Below, in pieces: positions 22,689 through 38,500 of a stretch of 64,000 bases of DNA. The position numbers and the translations under genes are program-made. Where the stretch lies: the NCBI GenBank assembly GCA_010909165.1, contig MU008183.1, positions 558,001 through 622,000 of the forward strand, written 5' to 3'. The notes beneath the pieces were generated by a model. The model made no database searches and was not told the origin of the DNA. It saw only the letters and a list, made by a program, of their open reading frames with translations. This DNA is from Anthoceros angustus. Taxonomy: Eukaryota; Plantae; Anthocerotophyta. Position 1 is the first letter of the stretch; the number at the start of each line of letters is the position of its first letter.

Positions 22689-24280
22689 ATGGCCTCGAAG
22701 TGGATCTGGCTGTGCCTTGTGGCTGCTGTTGCTATTGTGACGGTGGATGCGACCCCAACTGAAGAGGTCCTGAGACCTGTTCAGAGCAGGACCTTTGATT
22801 ATTTCAGCTTAGTGCAGCAGTGGCCAGGAACCTACTGCGAAAGCTCCACTGCTTGTTGCCAGAGGTAGAGGAATTCGGTACTGCTATTCTGCAGCCTCAG
22901 ACGTTTCTGATTCCCGAAGATGATGGGTGATGGTGAAACCTTGTATGCTGCACTGAATTGCGAGGAACTGATGTTGCTGTCATATGGTGTGTTGTTGTTC
23001 ATCTTTCAGGTTGACGGAGCCCGTGGAGTTCACAATCCGTAAGCTCTAGCCTTCTGATTTTGTGCTTACGGCATGGTAACACGTTTTTGTATGGGAACTC
23101 GGTTTTAGTCTTCCACGTTTGTAAATCATGCTCTTGTTGTGCAGATGGACTGTGGCCGGATTATGATGACGGCACATGGCCCGAATGCTGCGAAGGTCCT
23201 TCATGGAGTGATGCAGAGGTGGAAAAGTTGCTCCAGAATGACACAGACGTTTCCGTATACTTTCCTCTCGTCATGCGGCTGTAGAGCTGATATGGGTCAC
23301 TTGCCTCTGCGTGGTGGTCCAGATTGAACCACTGCTGGAAAAGCTTCAGAAGTACTGGCCAACTCTGAGCTGCTCCAACACCTCCTTGTGCTCTAGTAAC
23401 AAGAAGGGATCCTTCTGGCAACACGAGGTCCTTGTTTGCCTGCCTAGTCCAACTTCAGCAGCGCTGCTCTTTGAATTTATCTTAACCTTGAGCATTGCTG
23501 GAGTTTGCTAGCTAAACCAACGTTATGTTTGTGCATGCGTTCTTCCTGGGAAATGCTATGTCGGTGTCATTCTGAGAACATCAGTGGGGTGAGCTACAGC
23601 TCAGATTCCAAAATTTCAGCCTTCTTTGCACCTCGAAGTTATGGGAGTAGCAGGAGGCGTGTCATAACAGCTGTCTTCCTTGAATCTTGCAGAAAAGCAC
23701 GGAACTTGCTCCTCGCCAGTCATTACCGATGTGTACAGTTACTTTGCTGTGACCCTTGATCTGCAACACAAGTACTCGCTTTCGGTAAGCCTTCGCAACT
23801 GGAACAAGTAGTTGAGAGCCCGGAGTGTTCACGAACACTAAAAGCCGCGACGCTTCTTCTCTAGCAGGAAACCCTAACCGAGGCTTGATGTGCTGTGTGC
23901 AGAGAATTCTAAACCAAGCTGGATTTGTTCCAGACAGCAGCACCAAATACACTACGTCAGAGATCGTTGCTGCAATCCATGCTTACGTTGGAGCCAAGCC
24001 GTCGCTGTCCTGCTCAAGCGGTCAGATCAAGGAAATCCAAATCTGCCTTTACAAGGACTTCACTGTAAGTTCGTCCCCAACCCGATCTGTCGCGTATCAA
24101 AGTAGGAAAGGTGTGTTGCCACACATGTTGACATGTTCCAATCCCGGTTTTGTGCTGCAGCCCAGAGATTGTGGGGTATTGGCAGCTTCTTACCGCTCTG
24201 GAAATATGCTTGAATCATCGTCCTGCCCTCTGGAGGTATTGATTCCAACGTTCGTCTCCAAGGGATTTGCTAGTTCTTAG
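22689..24280 (+). CDS. Ribonuclease T2 family protein (RNS2-like), multi-exon, with signal peptide
   Basis: Signal peptide MASKWIWLCLVAAVAIVTVDA; FDYFSLVQQWPGTYC; CAS I reconstructed across exons as FTIH|GLWPDYDDGTWP; CAS II region SFWQHE|...; IKEIQICLYKDF. Confidence 0.93.
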
Positions 24281-24609
24281 AAACTCAGACTGGGAGATAT
24301 CTTCCCCCATATTTATGCTGCGGGGAAAGGAAGCATTCTCCTCCCGTGGCAGGCATGTAATATGTCTAAACCCAATTGCTATGCTGTCAACACCGACGTT
24401 GACATAGATTTACGCAGCATGTGTGTCCCAACGTGGCTCATGCATCGTTGCTTTGTTACAATATCATTAATCTCTCTGGGGAGAAGGCAATGCAGTACTG
24501 GACAAATGACATGATCATTTTGCTGATTTCATGGCTCTTATATACACATGTTTCACATTGTACATTGTATATGATCGCACTCCTCCTCCTATGCATTTGG
24601 GGAGCTTGC

Positions 24610-25399
24610 CTACTGAGCTTGTGCCTTCCTACGTCCTGTCCTGCCAGTCGTTTTGGCTGGTGTCTTGCTAGTACTTTTACTTTTCGCAGATGCTTTTTTA
24701 GGCTTGACTTTGGGTTTTTCCTCCTCCTCTTCTTCCTCCTCCTCCTCCTCCTCCTCCTCCTCCTCCTCCTCCTCCTCCTCCTCCTCCTCCTCCTCCTCCT
24801 CCTCCTGCACCTCCTCTTCCTTATCCTCCTCGTCTTCCTCCCCTTCCTCTTCCTCTTCCTCCTCCTCTTCCTTATCCTTATCCTCCTCCTCCTCTTCTTC
24901 GTCCTCCTCCTCCTCCTCCTCCTCCTCACCCTTCTTCCCCTTCTTGTCCTTTGCAGGCTTCTTAGCCACATCCGAGAGCTCAGCCTTGGTCTTATACTTA
25001 GCCTCATCTATCTTGATCCCCTTCTCCCTGGCAGCCTCCTCCCCGGACTTGTCCTTCCTGGACAGCCCTCCCTTCCTTCCCATTTCCCGGTAACCCTCCT
25101 TCCCCAGCTGCTCTGCCCTCCTCCTGCCCCCTTTCCTCGCACCCTCCTTCAACCGCTCCTGCACAGCAGCACCTCACCATCGTCAGAGCCCAATGTAGCC
25201 CACCCTCTGCAACCCCGTCTCCCGCCCAGCAACCCCATCACCCACTCAGTACCTGAGCATCAGGAGACATGAGGCCCTTGCTCTCCAAATCCTCATCCGA
25301 GGGCTCCGGCCGTGAGCCATCCGACCTGGTCAGGCCCCCTTTGGTGGCTCCCTTCTTGAGCCTCATCTGGGCCTCCTCCGACATGGGTCCCTCCGACAT
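24610..25399 (-). CDS. Em-like group 1 LEA protein fused to a long acidic tract and a basic tail (2 exons: 25399-25253 and 25158-24610; about 231 aa)
   Basis: Exon 1 reads [26 protein letters not shown]...DAQ, followed by a GT-AG intron. Exon 2 reads [57 protein letters not shown] (Em signature), then an E/D tract and a K/S/T-rich tail. Confidence 0.88.
24718..24930. repeat. (CCT)n/(GAG)n coding microsatellite (29 consecutive Glu codons at 24718-24804)
   Basis: Direct reading of the sequence. Confidence 0.95.
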
Positions 25400-25803
25400 T
25401 GTGCTGTACCGTAGTCCAATTCAATCTCCCCTTTCTTCCCTCGTGTGCCTCACAGAAGGACAACAACCGCAAAAACAAGACAATAGAAACAGGGCCGATC
25501 ACCCTGTAGGCCCACAAACCAGTCTGTGACTGAGGTAAGACTAGACCGAAATTCAGAGCCTGGAAGCTTGGCTGTGTCATCTTAAAAGGACGACTGGCCC
25601 AACATGGCGGGTCTGCTGGGAGCAGGGCTGCTTGGCAGCTGGATGGGAACATGCAAACGCCGCTAACCACCACGTAACCTGCTCACAGCCACGTAACCAA
25701 GGTCCGCAAATTCTAGCACGCCACGAGCTAGGAGTGCGAACTTCAGTTTCCCTGCTCATAAAGACCAGAAGAAGACAATTTTGGCAAAGTCGTGAATTCA
25801 CGT

Positions 25804-27316
<1,513 letters not shown>

Positions 27317-27755
27317 GCTGGGTCACCTGCATTGGGAATCATGAACAGCATGTCATCTTCCAACCTGCAGCTGACACAAGGATACATGAAAAAGACAGCG
27401 CAGTTGCTCACGCTTTCCCGACCCAAATGCTGGCACAGGTCGAGGTCCTTGGTTGTTTGCTGGGAGAACTGATCCATATTTCAGCACCGCCCTCCAAGTT
27501 GCAACGACGGCACAGGCATCCAAATCCTGACATCAAAATATTCTTAAGAGAACGGTTCCCAATCCATGCCACGTGCTGACAAAAGTTCAATGGCCACCAT
27601 CCTTCGCACACATCTGATTTTGGCAAACTGTATATTTTCAGCCTATGTCGTGACAGCACTGTTATTGCAGCGCGCAACACAAACCCGCCTCAACGATGCC
27701 ATCTAACCGTAGTGGGAATGTTTTCCACCAGGTGCCAAGACTGGCAAGGGCCTGG

Positions 27756-29199
<1,444 letters not shown>

Positions 29200-31928
29200 G
29201 CTGCCTTCCTTCTGCCCTGCACCTGCATCCAGCATGCATGGATGACATCCCCCGTTCTCGTCAAAATGTCCTGAGAGTTATGCACATTACTGAGGAAACG
29301 AAACAAAACGGAACGCAGCCATTTCCAGCTGGCCGGCTTCAGGAGCTCACCTCTCGCCTGCAGCACCGGAGATGCCCAAAAAGCCTACACCCGCCCAAAG
29401 GTCCCCAAGTCCCAAGCTCCCCTTTTCGACTCCACCTACTTCCGATGGAGAAATCTTTGAACCTTCTGGAGAACTCCGTTGCATGCTGAGGTGTAATTGC
29501 GGGAAGCCCCGTGTGTACTTTAAGACATGGTGCACCACATTGCACCAGCCACGCCAAACCCATCTCTAGGTGAAAAGCTCAGGATAGAGGTTCACCCAAA
29601 AGGCTGTCCCAAAGATTAAGCAAAGACTCTCGATGCTGTCTCTTGTTGCCAGTTAGGGGGGACGTCGTAATGCCGAAAGCCGGCTACTTTATGGAGACGA
29701 AATGGTCCAAATCTGGGTACTTTCCCTGTTGGAATCCCGGAAGCATCCTAGGAGTGGTCATCTTTTCTTCCAACAATGGCTCAATCACACTTGTGGTCCG
29801 GACAACAGGAGAAGAGAATAGTTGGTGTCATTCTGATTCTGAAAGAGCAGATGTTCACACCTGTCATCGTCCAGCCACGCTGAGGATGCAGCAAAGCTTT
29901 CACAGACTCCGGCAAGAGCATCCCTCAGCGTGAAAAACATGCGTGGTAAATACCTCTGGACATCTGTTTTTACTTATGTTAGCAGTTTTCTCTCACACAG
30001 GTCTCGTTGTAGGTAATTTCTCAAGAAAAATGCGAGGTAAATTCCTCTGGACATTTCATTCTGTTTATGTTAGTAGGTTTTCTGTCAAACAGATCTCCTC
30101 AAAATATACTCAGACCTATCCTACGTGCAATTGAAAAGGAATTCTACAGTTGTTTGTTAGGACGCTACCGGACTCGTGGATTACGACATAGTTTAGGGTT
30201 TCATTCGCGAAATATACGGATTATGTTCCGGATTATGATCACGCTTCGCCAACAATTTGGATGAGCTAGCTCTAAACTAGCGCGAAATCGAAATGAGTTG
30301 CCAAATTCAAGCTCAATTATTTGGCGAACTATTTCTGAATTGGTTCACCCACAACTCTCAATGAGGGTTTGGGTGGATAGATGCAGGTAGGTATTCTTAA
30401 CCATGTACTCCTTCAAAATATCATTTTTATTTTAGAGAATTTGTAGACTTCACATAGAGCTGCTTCGGAGCCGAACGAATTGTCGTATTGCTCAAAAGCC
30501 TCTTGCAAAACCCCCGACCGATGAAATTCCTCCCACATCTCAGACCAGCTAGCAAAATGGAAGCATTCCATCCACTTATGTAACAAATGCAACTACACAA
30601 GATGCAAATTCCAAGTACCGGAGCACGGGACTTTCAGGGTGCATGGAGCCTGTTGTTGCATCGATGGGTTTTGATTCATGTAAGCTCACAGTGGTGTGTT
30701 GCCAAAATGTGGTGAACTCAAACATACTCGCGTGAGCATGTATGCAAAATGTGGTTACTTGAAAGATGCACACGTACGGCAGGTTTTTGACGACATGGCC
30801 ACAAGGTTGTGCTGATATGGAAGGCCCTTATCTTATGCCCTGGTGCTTCTAAACATATGACTGGGAGGCGAGATTAGTTCGGCACCTTTGAGTCCTTATT
30901 CTAGCTACTGGCCATGGCACCAAATGTATGTATTAAAGGAGTTGACGATATTGGTTTTTTACATGCTAATGAAAGAACTACGTTTTTGCGTAATGTTTTC
31001 TATGTTTCCGGTATCCGATGTACCATATTAGCTATTTTGGCTATGTGTAAAATAGTTTTACATGTAGAGTTTCATAATGATGGTTGTGTTATTAGACATG
31101 CTAGCACTTTTGAGGTTGTTGTCATTGGTGTTATTTGTGGTTCCCACACATATAAGTTAAGACATATAAGTCTTCATTATGGCAATGAAGACTTCAAATG
31201 TTTGATATGCAAGCCTTTGGTATGCACATTAATTTCCTTTGTGCGTGACCTGCAACGTGTAAAAATATATTTATCTAAGATTTGTTTGTTTATCTATCTA
31301 GTCCTCCAACTTTTAGAAGGACTCATGAACTATATGCTTGATTTTTGATAGTTATCATGAATGTTATATTGACTCTGATGCTTGTAACCATATTACTGGG
31401 AAGCGAGTTTGGTTTGCACTCTCACTTCTTGTCGACTGGCAGTGAGTGTCTCTAAGTGACAAATCTTCGTATCAAATTGAAGGAATTGGTGATAAAAAGT
31501 TCTTTGAAACCTAATGGAACAATCTAGTTCTTGCGCAATGTCTTATATGTTCCAGGTTGGTATTCAATACAATGTAAAATCTTTTTCTACTCTACGTGAA
31601 CTAGGTGTAAATGTGAAGCTTCATAATTATGGTTGTGTTATTAGACATGCTACCACTATTGAGGTTGGTGGCACATGTGCTGTTTGTCATGGCCCCACAA
31701 GGGCTCTATAAGCTTAATTATCTTGGCGTTCAAGAGTAGTCAATCGTTTTCTTCGGAAGTTTGATATACAAGCGTCTCATCCAATTTCTACTAATTAGAG
31801 CAGCACATGGCTCAATTTTAATAAAAAATGATTTAACTACAATGTCGGACCGCTAGCTAGATGCTGCAACGACACTAGAAGCAAGTCCGGTCTAGGAGTG
31901 ATGCAATGAACACTATTATGCCCGAGCG

Positions 31929-32052
31929 TTGCATTTGATGCAGGGACAGGTTGCAAACCTTAGAGTTGCATTCAATGCAGGGATGGGTTGCAGACCTCCC
32001 CTTGGAGTTTGCATTTGGTGCAGGGGTGGGCTGCGGACCTCCCTTAGGGGTT
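31929..32052. repeat. Three degenerate tandem copies of a 37-43 bp unit
   Basis: TTGCATT(TG/CA)(A/G)TGCAGGG...GG(T/C)TGC...ACCT starts at 31929, 31966 and 32009. Confidence 0.7.
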
Positions 32053-33151
32053 GGGTCTTCCTTTCTCTATGAGCGCTGTGGTCGTGGTGCCACCTAGGTG
32101 TTCAAAAGGCTGCCCTCAACTAGATGGATGGCGTGGCCATCCTGATGCTCTTTTCCTGCTCGTTTAGCTTGTTATACCTTGATAAAGTCTGTTTTCTTGA
32201 AAAACAAAAATGTCCCAGCGTTTGGGCACCAATATTCTAGGAGCTTCTGATGGAGGGATTGTGGAGGAAGATACGCACAAGTAAATACCATTCGATCTAA
32301 AATAAATATCAATCGATGTATTTAATATTTAATATTTTTAAATATTATCTAGATATATATTTATCCTAAAATAAAAATTATCTAGAATATGTTGCCTAAT
32401 TAGTGGAAGATGTCTAACCGTTGTATGCCCTACGATAGTTACTCTTGTTCCTCATAAACTATTAAGGGGTTTGGGTGGAAGCACGTTTATAATGGGGTTT
32501 TTGAGCTACTCGACGGGGCGTCCCATCTTTGCAGATTTTATAAAGTCTCCATATTCTCTTTTTTTTGAGCTACTTGCATAAAAACTTGGAAGGGGTTCTC
32601 CAAAAAGTGATAGTTTTCTAAGAATATTTTTTAAAATTATTACCTCGTAGATAATTTCACATCTATAATTTTGTACTATACTTATTACAACAAAAATAAT
32701 AATTTTCATCATGACATCGTAAATCATCTACATGTTGGGCATGCATTCTCCTCTCTCTATGCTGGCATATTTAGGTCTTTCCTCTTAATACTTGAGGGGC
32801 TTGCACTCTCTCTTCTCGGTTTTTAAGAAACCTAATATCTATTGTGAAGTTACAACCTCAACTTCAAATAATTGAGAACATATAATGCTACTCTATAGTT
32901 GAATATAATTTTTTTGTATAAAAATATTAGATAAATGAATGAGATATTGAGTTATAAATATCATTTTTAATCAAAACATGTCAATTAGTTTAATGAGGTA
33001 TCGAGCTATAAAAACAACTTTGCCTATATATATGAGAGACAGAGTGAACATGAAACTTGAGTCTGACATTTTAATTTGAGCAATTTAGAAATGTTGTTAA
33101 ATTGATCACTTCTCTATTTTGGTCACTTAGTTGAATAAATTTTCAATTGCA

Positions 33152-34615
33152 ATGAGTTGTGTTGTATGGTTGGTTATTTCTCTCTCATTGATATGTAGAG
33201 TTTTTAGTTATACTGATGGTCATGCGTCATACCTTCCCTATCAAGATGAAAAACTATTGTAAGTTATGAGTAGATTGCTCACAATAATTCTTTTTTGTTT
33301 CTCATCTTCTTTGACCTTATTCTAGCAATTGATTCTTTTTATATATGTTCCCATTTCTTTTTTGTGCAGCAGGATAATGGATACAGCGCCAGCTGAGCCT
33401 CCCTCAACTCCAGATCCTCCTCCTGCAACTCCAGATACTCCACTACCAGTGCCTCCCTCAACTCCGGATCCTCCTCCTGCAACTCCAGATACTCCACTTC
33501 CAATGCCTCCCTCAACTCCGGATCCTCCGCTACCACAGCCCCCTGTGACTCCAGATCCTCTGCCTCCACAAGCTCTTGATCCTCTGCCTCCACAAGCTCC
33601 ATATCCTCTGCCTCCACAAGCTCCAGATCCTCCGCTTCCAGAGGGTCCTGTAACTCCAGATCCTCCAGCACCACAGCCCCACGTGATTCCTGATCCTCCG
33701 ATTCTAGAGCCTCCTGTAACTCCGGATCCTCCACTATCACAGCCCCCCATGACTCCATATTCTCCACTTCCGGAGCCTCCTGCAACTCCGGATTCTCCAG
33801 TAGCACAGCCCCCCTCTACGCCAGAATCTCAGCCTGCTCCTCTACCTCCTCCGCCTCCTGCTACTCCGAGTCCTCCACTTCCTAAACTTCCAGTGATAAT
33901 CCGTGAAGTATTCAATGTCACATCCAGGTTCAACTTTCCTATAAAATTTCGTAAGTTCTTATATGCATGTTTTACTCTTTATTTACAATTAGTGATATTG
34001 GATTGATCAATTAATCATATCATAGAAACTTTGGTTATGAACTTTGATACACTGTAATCCTCAAATTTGTGCAGCACCTGGTGAGTGTCCCAATATCAAT
34101 TTCAATAAAGATTATGATCCAAATGTGGGATATTGGGTAGTACTTTCAGGTGACACATTTGCTACGGTTAATGAGGCATGTGCCAAGTATATTACAGTAT
34201 GCAATGCCAAAGCTAGCGATTTGATGGCAAGTCCCTTCACTTGCCCAATTGTCAACCTACGAATCAATCTGCCCGTAATTGGCGTATTTGATGTGGACTT
34301 ATGTTGGGAATTATATCCCGATGATCCTGTGTGCGATGTGGACATCGTCATATCAGGAGCGGCATGGGAGGACAGTTTTTATTACGATACTGATGGGAGG
34401 AAGATCATGGAAGCTTATATCCAGTAAGTGTTGTTGTGTCTTAATCTTTATGTTATTTCTATATTTGAAGATTACAAATTATTTTACTGTTTGTGATACA
34501 TAGGGGTCCTTGGGAAGGACAGCCTCCTTATAGCCTAAATGACCTTACTCCAGCGCGACAAGACCAACCACCAGCACAAAAGGACTTTCGCAAGAAGATG
34601 CCTAAGTTCACATAA
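33152..34615 (+). CDS. Secreted proline-rich protein with a LysM-like domain (proposed exons 33152-33258, 33370-33902, 34075-34423, 34504-34615)
   Basis: Hydrophobic N-terminus MSCVVWLVISLSLICRVFS; GT-AG junctions that preserve frame at all three introns; about 175 aa of P-T-P-D-P-P repeats; YWVVLSGDTFATVNEAC...VNLRINLP resembles LysM. The last exon is optional, because a stop at 34425-34427 is reached if the intron is unspliced. Confidence 0.7.
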
Positions 34616-34659
34616 TTATATCATTATGGAGAGCCATCTAAAACGATAGGAAGAACTGG

Positions 34660-35200
34660 ATGGTAGCTACTGCTTTGCTCTATTTTTGTGTTGCACTACT
34701 TTGTGGGTCATCTCTTTCATTCTCCTTGGTTAAGAGATTTACAGTGTTTGGCAAAAGAATTCATTTAAGTTTATCAAATCTTGTGCCAAGACATATTATT
34801 TGCTCATATTATTCACTATCCCACTTCACTACTTTCTTCCATAAAACGTGTCCTTTGCCGGCCGAAGGAGTAATTCTTAGATCCGGTAGTAATAATATGT
34901 GATGTTTCCTGGATTGTGCATCTCTAGAGATACAAGCCTTTCCATCTCCTTGGCTACTACATCATAGGTGTGGTAGGTGACTTTTGTACTTATGCTCCAT
35001 ACATCAATGTGACTCTTGGGGTCTTCCCTAGCTTTCCTAAGATAATGGGTTAGATAATCCAATGAATACGATGTACATTGCAGAGCACTCCACCTCATTG
35101 TTGTGTTTTGGTGCCCAAGTGCTTTGCAAGCTTGATAGCCCGAAATGTAAGTGATCAGATCTCTTTCTTTATATTTGAAAGAAACTAAATTGCAGGCCAA
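34660..35200 (-). mobile_element. Possible Mutator/MULE transposase remnant
   Basis: STKVTYHTYDVVAKEMERLVSLEMHNPGNIT loosely resembles the MuDR ISY..AW.AK...L...NPG segment, followed by broken frames. Weak pattern match only. Confidence 0.3.
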
Positions 35201-35503
35201 AAAATAATAGGCACCTATACACTCAAGATCGTTGTAGTGGCCAAGGATATCAAAATCCAGTTCCTAGATTCAACCTTGAGGCAGAGCACCTTGGCCTGCA
35301 CCGGTCGGGATTTGAATATGGCAGCATCAGTCGGCTTTTCATTTTCGCAGCACCAGTCGTGATTAAAATTTGGCAGGAAACATCTGTGGAGAATTTGGCG
35401 GCTGTGGAGGATCTCGGGTGGAGAAGAAAGCGGGAGGTTCTGTCGGTCGGGGAGAATTTGGTGGATTTGATAGATATCGGGTAGGGAAGGAAGCGGGTCG
35501 TTT

Positions 35504-38500
35504 ATGTCGCTCAAGAATTGGAAGGAGAGTTTGAAGAGTTGCACGTCAGGTGAGGGAAGGGGAGCCTACAGGTCGTGCTCTGGGCTGCATGGTGGTGAAG
35601 GATGGAAGCCTCGCAAAACCAGCCTCAAGGGTCAGATCGCTGCTTTGGAGAGACTGACAGTGGAGAGCCAGTGCATCAGCTCCGGGGGACTCTGCCAGCC
35701 GGGCTTCTCTGCAACCCCTCCTCCAGCAGGTTCAGAGGGTTGCGCGGAGGAGGAAGAAGCGGTCGTGGGTGATGGGCAGGTGAAGCCCCGCAGCCCGCTG
35801 GGCTCCAGGATTGCTGGTGAAGAGGTGCCGGATTTTGAGGAAAATGTTGATTTCTCGCCGCCCGACGATGGGGACAGTGAAGTTGGGTTCATCATGCGGT
35901 CGGAGCCCAGCGGGCCCTTCGAGCCGCTGGTGCTGTGGCCTGTCTCAAAGAGTGTGGGGAATGCCAAGGTGGTCCAGGTGCCGGCTTCCATCAACAGCCG
36001 GTTGCTGGAGCATCAACGAGAGGGTGTGAAGTTTCTCTACAGTCTGTACAAGGAGGGCCGAGGTGGAATTCTGGGAGATGATATGTGGGTATGCTATCCC
36101 TTGTGATGTGCTGTGCTCTGATTCACTCACAAGGTGTTGGTTGGTTGATCGCGCTTGAAGACGATTGTTGTGTCTGATGCTCGTTGGTGTTGACAGGGGG
36201 TTGGGGAAGACGATACAGAGCATAGCCTTTCTAGCTGCAGTGCTTGATAAACAAGAAGGGCTTGAACGGAGCAAGACGGACAGTTCTGTGTGTCAGAAGG
36301 TGGTGCTTATCATATGCCCTACATCTGTGATACAGAACTGGAGCAAGGAGTTTGAGGCATGGGGGGCTTTCCAAGTTGGTATCTATCATGGGATCCAGAG
36401 AGAATGCATTCTGGCCAAGTTGGAGGCTAAGAGTCTGGAGGTGCTTCTGACCAGCCATGATACTTTTCGGTTGTCCGGAACAGAGCTTGAAGGAGTGGAA
36501 TGGGATTGTGTGATTGTAGACGAGGCACATAAGCTGAAGAATGCAAAGTCCAAGCTCTATGAAGCATGTCTCAGAGTCCGAACCAGGCGGAGATATGGTC
36601 TAACTGGAACCATCATGCAGAACAAGTTTTTGGAGATGTTCAATGTTTTTGAATGGGCTGCTCCTGGATGCCTGGGTGCAAGAGATCAGTTCCTCGAGTA
36701 TTACGACAAGCCCCTGAAGGAAGGACAGCGGATCAGTGCTCCACATAGGTTTGTCCGCATAGCTGAAGAAAGGAAAAAGAAATTGGTAGATGTCCTTCAG
36801 AAGTATTTCTTGCGGAGAACCAAGGAGGAAACAATAGGGCACTTGATGATGGGCAAAGAGGACAATGTTATCTTTTGTGCCATGAGTCCAGTGCAGAGAC
36901 GGGTATACCAGCGGATTTTGGAGAGTCCTGATTTTCTGTGTTTGGTCCGCAAGGATTTGCCATGCTCCTGTGGCGGCCCGCTGACAAGTGCTCGATGCTG
37001 CCATAGCAAAGTGCCGGACGGGCCCATTTGGACGTATCTGCACAGGGAGAACAGGGAGGGATGTGACAAGTGTCCGTATTGCTTGATACTACCTTGTCTG
37101 ACCAAATTGCAGCAGGTGACATTGGGTTTGGATGGCCTCAGGGTTTGATTGTTGAAACTTTGCATATTGCTTCTCTTCCTCTTGAAGTTGATTCGACAAT
37201 TGTCTGCTCCTGTCTCAGGCTAGCAACCATTTAGAACTTATGAAGCCTAATCCAAAGGATGATCCTGAGAAACAAAAGAAGGATGAAGATTTCGCTGCTT
37301 TGGCGTTGGGAGAAGATGCCCTAGCGGTGGGTGGTGTTTCTCAGGAGGAAAGTTTTCTTGGACTCAGTGACGCCCAACATTGTGGCAAAATGAGAGCTCT
37401 GGAAAAGTTGCTGGCCTCTTGGATATCAGCTGGCGATAAAGTATTGCTGTTCAGCTATTCCGTCAAGTAAGGAATACTGACATTCAGCCTCAACAGATTG
37501 CTGTTTCTGGTCCACCCTTTGTTCTATGATCATAAAACTTTGTTGTAACTTTGTTTTATTGGTCCATCTTTCTTCACAGGATGTTGGATATACTTGAAAA
37601 ATTTGTGATCCGCAAAGGTTATTGCTTTTCTCGCCTTGATGGATCCTCGCCGATGGGTACCAGGCAGTCTATGGTGGATGATTTCAACACTAAACCCAGC
37701 AAGCAGGTTAGTGTGCCTCTGCATAGGAAATTTCTAAGGTCTTGCAGTGCTGAATATGTTTTATTGCGAGTGTTCATGTAGGCTTCAATGTCATTTGCAG
37801 ATTTTTCTCATCTCAACTCGGGCTGGTGGGTTGGGTTTAAATCTTGTTAGTGCCAACAGAGTTGTCATATTTGATCCGAACTGGAATCCTGCAATAGATC
37901 TCCAGGCTCAGGATCGCTCATTTCGCTATGGCCAGAGACGACACGTCACCATCTTCCGTCTCTTGGCTGCTGGATCCCTTGAAGAGCTGGTGTACACACG
38001 CCAGATCTATAAGCAGCAACTGTTCAATATTGCTGTAACTGGAGTTAATGAGAAGAGATATTTCGAAGGAGTGCAGGTATGTTAATGGCACTTCTGAAAT
38101 CTGCTGGAAAACAACAGTCTCGTCATGTCTGGACAGTTTGTGAATGTTGTTTGCAGGACACGAAGAACACTGGTGAACTGTTCGGTATTGGCAACCTTTT
38201 GAAAGACCTATCTGATGAGGTTTTCACAAGCAACATTATCGAATCTGAGGAGGTCAAGCTGGAGATCAAGGCAGACTTGGCTATGAAGGAGATTGCTAGC
38301 AACAAGAAACACCTGAAAGGGTTGAGAAAGCGGGCTCAAATTGGGGAACACAGTGACCAAGACGAGCATGGTTTAGGGGCCCTTGCCCAGCTTATTCAAG
38401 CAGGAGCCAAGGCGACAGAAGAAAAAAACCAGGTTGCCAAGCATAGTGATACAAGTGAAAACAATCATACAAATGCTGGTGAAGAGGTTGAACAGTCTCA

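Noticed and set aside
24421-25272. Poly-Leu (+), poly-Ser (+) and poly-Arg (-) ORFs over the CCT repeat
   Set aside because: These are alternative-frame by-products of the microsatellite. Only the poly-Glu frame carries the Em signature and a consistent splice.
29372-29800. GRF-type zinc finger or TE remnant (RCNCGKP...)
   Set aside because: Only the first Cys pair fits. The NPGR/FY.C part is not recoverable in frame.
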